A DNA stretch of 64,000 nucleotides. Source: Candidatus Krumholzibacteriia bacterium. GTDB lineage: Bacteria; Krumholzibacteriota; Krumholzibacteriia; LZORAL124-64-63. The notes beneath the pieces are model-generated. The model was given only the letters and a program-made list of their open reading frames with translations, was not told the origin of the DNA and searched no databases. The stretch spans positions 64,001 to 128,000 of the forward strand of contig JBFXKG010000006.1 in assembly GCA_050174015.1 (NCBI GenBank), in the 5' to 3' direction. Below, piece by piece: positions 60,496 to 64,000 of the stretch; the stretch's first letter is position 1; each line of letters opens with the position of its first letter. A program made the translations under genes and the position numbers.

Positions 60496-63400
60496 CTACT
60501 TCACCAGAGCCATCTTCTGGACCTGCACTTCGTCGCCGTAACGGGCTTCGTAGAAGTACACGCCCGAGGAGACCGAGGAGCCGAGGTCGCTGGTGCCGTC
60601 CCACATGACGTGGTCGGTGCCGGCGGCGCGGACTTCATCGATCAGGGTCCGGACCAGTTCACCGCGGACGTTGTAGATCTTCAGAGTCAGATGACCGGCC
60701 TTGGGCATCGTGAACTCGATCTTCGTGGTCGGGTTGAACGGGTTCGGGTAGTTCTTCGACGAGAACGCCAAGGCGTCGGGCACCTCGGAGACGTCGCCGG
60801 GGTTGGAGTCGATGCCGAAGTGGCTCAGCACGTCCTTCAGCACCTGCGCACGAGCCGACAGCGGGGCGGGAGCCTTCGCGCCGGGATCGTTGTAGATGAA
60901 CATGAAGTCGTAGGGCGTGCTGACGATGCGGCTGGTGCCCACCGTCTGCTTGGTGGCGGCGCTGAAGGTGTAGGCGCCGGCCAGGCCGTTGGGATCCAGG
61001 AACTCAGCCAGACGGACGCCGCCGCCGGTGGGAGTCACGGCATCGAACGTGTTGATGCCGAGGCAGCCGCCGTAGGCGACCCAGGTGCTGATGTTGGTGA
61101 TGACGCCGTTGCCGGCGATGGCCTTGACGGTCGGAGTCGCCTGGCCGCCGATCAGCGGGCGGACGTCGTTGCTGAACACCGACAGACCCATGTAGCTCTG
61201 CAGGAAGTTCAGGGTGGCGGTGCCGGCCTGGGCCAGGTCGCTGGCGAGGTCGTCGCCGGTGAGGAACATGTCCTTGCCGCCGAGGTCCACCCACTGGGTC
61301 AGCAGACCGACGTCGTCGCCGGCGTCGTTGTCGAAGTCGCCGTTGGCGATGGTGTTCACACCGAGGTCGCCGGCGGTGTAGACGATGTCGCCGTAACCGC
61401 TGATGGTCCCGATGGCGGCGCGGCCGCCGATACCGTTACCGACACCCGAGCTGGGCCCGTTGGTGTAGTAGATATCGTAGTCGCGGCCCTCGAGCAGGCC
61501 GATGTTGTCGAACGCGCCGTACCACTCGGCCTCGCCGCCACGGTTGGCGAAGTCGTTGAGGAACAGCAGGCCCGGCTGCTTGTAGCCGCCGAAGCCGTCG
61601 CTCTCCAGGGTGGGCAGGGCATGGACGACGTAGGACGTGTTGTAGGCCAGCGGGTGGCTGAAGTCGCCGTAGCCGGTCAGGTCAGCAGGACTCGTGGCGG
61701 CCTTGATGTCGCCGGAGACGTCGTCGAAGGCCTCGATGTAGTAGTGGATCACGTCGCCGGGGAAGAAGAAGCCGGTGTCCGGCAGGTCGAAGGCCCAGGC
61801 GTCGGGATCGGGGATGCCGCTGGCGCCGACCGCGGGGGTGCCCAGGGACGTGCCGCTGGTGGCCGTGCCGTAGACGCTGGTGCGGTAGGGGTTGAACAGC
61901 GGGTTCTGATCCATGGTCCAGTGCAGGGTCGGAGTGCCCGACAGCACCGAGCCGGAGCGGGCGGGCACCACGTCGAAGACGATGGTGTCGCCGGGATCGT
62001 TGCGCAGGTGAGCGGCCAGCGAGATGTTGTTGGCCATGTCGAAGCGCACGCTGTGGGCGCCGAGGTTGCCGGTGTCGATGACGCCGATCTCGGGGAAGTT
62101 GTCCTGGGCGATGTCCAGCTCACGCGTGACGATGGACGGTCCGTTGACCGGGAAGACCTTCACGTTGAAGTTGTCGAAGTAGGGAGCGGGGTAACCGTCG
62201 TCCCCGTCCCAGCCCCAGGCGTAGCCCAGCTCGTAGGCCGTGACCTGCAGCTGGATCTCGTCGCGGCCGGCATCCATGAGGTCGGTCACGTTGTTGATGA
62301 CCCGCAGGTAGTCCGGGCCGCCGTAGTACACGAAGTTCCGGTCCAGCCAGGGCTGGTCGGTGATGACCGTCGCGCCGTTGCCCGAGGAGTTGTCGGTATC
62401 GGCCGAGCGGACGCTCCAGGTGTAGAAGATACCGGGGGCGTCGGCGGTCAGGTCCTCGTGCCGGTAGGCGTTGAAGGCCGTGATGATGCCGTCGTAGGTG
62501 GCGTTGGGCCACGGCATGACGGGGGATTCCAGGGCATTGTACAGGTGCTCGTTCGGGCCGGCCAGACCACCGGTGGTGGTCACGATGAAGCCGGCGGGGC
62601 CGTAGCACCAGTTGATGCAGGTGGAACCGTTGGTGCCGGGAACGACCAGGCCGTTGTCGATGAAGGCGACCTGGTTGCTGTAGTTGGTGTTGCAGGGATC
62701 GACGTCCTCGAGACCGCACCAGATCTGGGCGTAGTCGCCAACGCCGTTGGGGAAGGTGACGGCCCAGTTGCCCCAGCCCTTGGCCTCGAAGTCGTCGAAG
62801 TAGGGGGTCGCGCCCACGGTCACCGTCACGTCGTCGACGTTGGCGGCGCCACGGGTCGGCCAGGAGCAGTCGCCGTCGGACCAGCCGCCGTCGGACTTGA
62901 AGCGGAACATGATCACGACTTCGTTGCCGTTCTCGTATTCCCCGGGCAGGTAGGTCACGCTGTTGTTGACGGCGGCCGTGCCGGTGCTGTCCCAGCTCTG
63001 CAGGTCGGCGTACGGAGCGTCGGCCATCTTGTAGCTCAGGTAGGTGTAGTCGTACCCGGGCTCGCTGTCGTAGAACAGGGTGGCCGTGATGGTCACCGTC
63101 GTGCTGACGGCGGGATTGGCCACGGTCTTGCGGAATTCCACGATGTCGTGCCAGGCGTTGCCGTAGCCCCAGGCGGAGTCGGCGGCCACGCAGGCGTCGA
63201 TGAAGTCACCGCACCACATGGAGTTACCACTGATGCCGGTGATGTCGTTGTTGATGGTCGAGACCGACCAGTGGGTGACGGTCGGCTGGGTGATGTCGTA
63301 GCTGGTCCAGCCGACGGGCAGGCCCTTCGAGGCGTCGCAAGCGGCGTTCTCGAAGTCGCCCTGGTAGGTGCCGCTGGGACCCATCACGTCGATGGTGTCG

Positions 63401-63540
63401 CCGGAGGCCTTGACGAAACTGCTGCCGCCGTAGAGCACGCTGTTGTGGCCGTCGGAGAGGGCAGGCAACTCGCCGGCCACACTGCTCAGGGCGAACACCA
63501 GCGTCATGGCGACACAAGCGAACATGGTGACTTTCTTCAT
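60496..63540 (-). CDS. Large secreted protein (~1014 aa) with MAM/InhA-like N-terminal domain and C-terminal FlgD-Ig/T9SS-A-like tail
   Basis: Signal MKKVTMFACVAMTLVFALSSVA; YDSEPGYDY..FRFKSDGGWSD..VDDV; tail NYPNPFNPTTKIEF..KIYNVRGELVRTL..WDG..SSGVYFY..KMALVK. Confidence 0.9.
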   Translation of the reverse strand: MKKVTMFACVAMTLVFALSSVAGELPALSDGHNSVLYGGSSFVKASGDTIDVMGPSGTYQGDFENAACDASKGLPVGWTSYDITQPTVTHWSVSTINNDITGISGNSMWCGDFIDACVAADSAWGYGNAWHDIVEFRKTVANPAVSTTVTITATLFYDSEPGYDYTYLSYKMADAPYADLQSWDSTGTAAVNNSVTYLPGEYENGNEVVIMFRFKSDGGWSDGDCSWPTRGAANVDDVTVTVGATPYFDDFEAKGWGNWAVTFPNGVGDYAQIWCGLEDVDPCNTNYSNQVAFIDNGLVVPGTNGSTCINWCYGPAGFIVTTTGGLAGPNEHLYNALESPVMPWPNATYDGIITAFNAYRHEDLTADAPGIFYTWSVRSADTDNSSGNGATVITDQPWLDRNFVYYGGPDYLRVINNVTDLMDAGRDEIQLQVTAYELGYAWGWDGDDGYPAPYFDNFNVKVFPVNGPSIVTRELDIAQDNFPEIGVIDTGNLGAHSVRFDMANNISLAAHLRNDPGDTIVFDVVPARSGSVLSGTPTLHWTMDQNPLFNPYRTSVYGTATSGTSLGTPAVGASGIPDPDAWAFDLPDTGFFFPGDVIHYYIEAFDDVSGDIKAATSPADLTGYGDFSHPLAYNTSYVVHALPTLESDGFGGYKQPGLLFLNDFANRGGEAEWYGAFDNIGLLEGRDYDIYYTNGPSSGVGNGIGGRAAIGTISGYGDIVYTAGDLGVNTIANGDFDNDAGDDVGLLTQWVDLGGKDMFLTGDDLASDLAQAGTATLNFLQSYMGLSVFSNDVRPLIGGQATPTVKAIAGNGVITNISTWVAYGGCLGINTFDAVTPTGGGVRLAEFLDPNGLAGAYTFSAATKQTVGTSRIVSTPYDFMFIYNDPGAKAPAPLSARAQVLKDVLSHFGIDSNPGDVSEVPDALAFSSKNYPNPFNPTTKIEFTMPKAGHLTLKIYNVRGELVRTLIDEVRAAGTDHVMWDGTSDLGSSVSSGVYFYEARYGDEVQVQKMALVK

Positions 63541-63824
63541 TTTTTTCCCCCCATCGTTGACATGGGTCAACACATGGTCAGGCGAACGATTGGATGTGCT
63601 GTCCCCGGCGAGGCGACGCCGGAGGCACATGAACGGGCGACAAAGAAGTTCCCAGAGACTGTCGGCACGGACGATTCCGTGCAACCGAGCGAGACCTCCT
63701 CCAACGATGCAGACCACAAGGTGACGAGCGAACAAGCGTCAAGTGATTCAAGTGAACTGAGAGTGGAAAACAGAGACAGCGCACCTCAAGGGATGGGAAC
63801 AGTTTGTCTGTGAGTCGCTCTATT

Positions 63825-63853
63825 ACCTTATCCCAAATCCCGAGGGGAGTCAA
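63825..63853 (-). promoter_or_regulatory. Putative promoter of the 63540 gene, implying a ~280-nt leader
   Basis: TTGACT-N17-TAAGGT with an AT-rich region upstream. Confidence 0.6.
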
Positions 63854-64000
63854 TAGTCTTTCTCAGAAAAAATATGATGCCTAAAAAACCGGACCGTCTG
63901 GTGAATTAGACGGCCCGGCCTGCAGATTTGCATACGAAATTTCAAGAAGTTGCGGCCGCCATCTCCGTAAAATCACCATATCGCGCAAAAATTCCGTGAA

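Overview
A GC-rich bacterial chromosome segment, gene-dense and almost all on the minus strand. No rRNA, tRNA, CRISPR array or mobile element was recognised. The organism is a diderm that makes LPS. Several secreted proteins end in FlgD-Ig/T9SS-A-like tails, which suggests an FCB-related lineage such as Krumholzibacteriota, Latescibacterota or Eisenbacteria (inference only). Layout: (1) 1-16.8 kb is one co-oriented run: rplU-rpmA, kdsB-pyrG-kdsA-kdsC-kdsD, a lipid A acyltransferase, lptC-lptB (no lptA), rpoN-hpf-hprK, a complete mannose-family PTS (IIA/B/C/D), HPr, EI and PGI/PMI. (2) 17-22 kb holds trxB, folE and nfnAB. (3) 22-43 kb is housekeeping: purN/M/E/D, lnt, a sigma54 activator, PfkB, an ArgRS-like gene, rsfS, a polyprenyl synthase, tatC, nrdR, glyA, rpiB, LMW-PTP, tsaC, carbamate kinase and an aminotransferase. 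(4) 43-64 kb holds envelope and secreted-protein clusters around ppdK. Best leads: an ArgRS homologue whose HIGH, KMSKS, YxQY and C-terminal Met signatures are all altered; a 10.5-kb surface-protein locus (a large secreted protein with a ~280-nt structured leader, then two paralogous Ig-like lipoproteins and a beta-propeller protein); a sigma54 promoter upstream of the rpoN-containing run; and a phased GGGACA array upstream of the sigma54 activator. All calls come from reading motifs by eye; no database searches were run.
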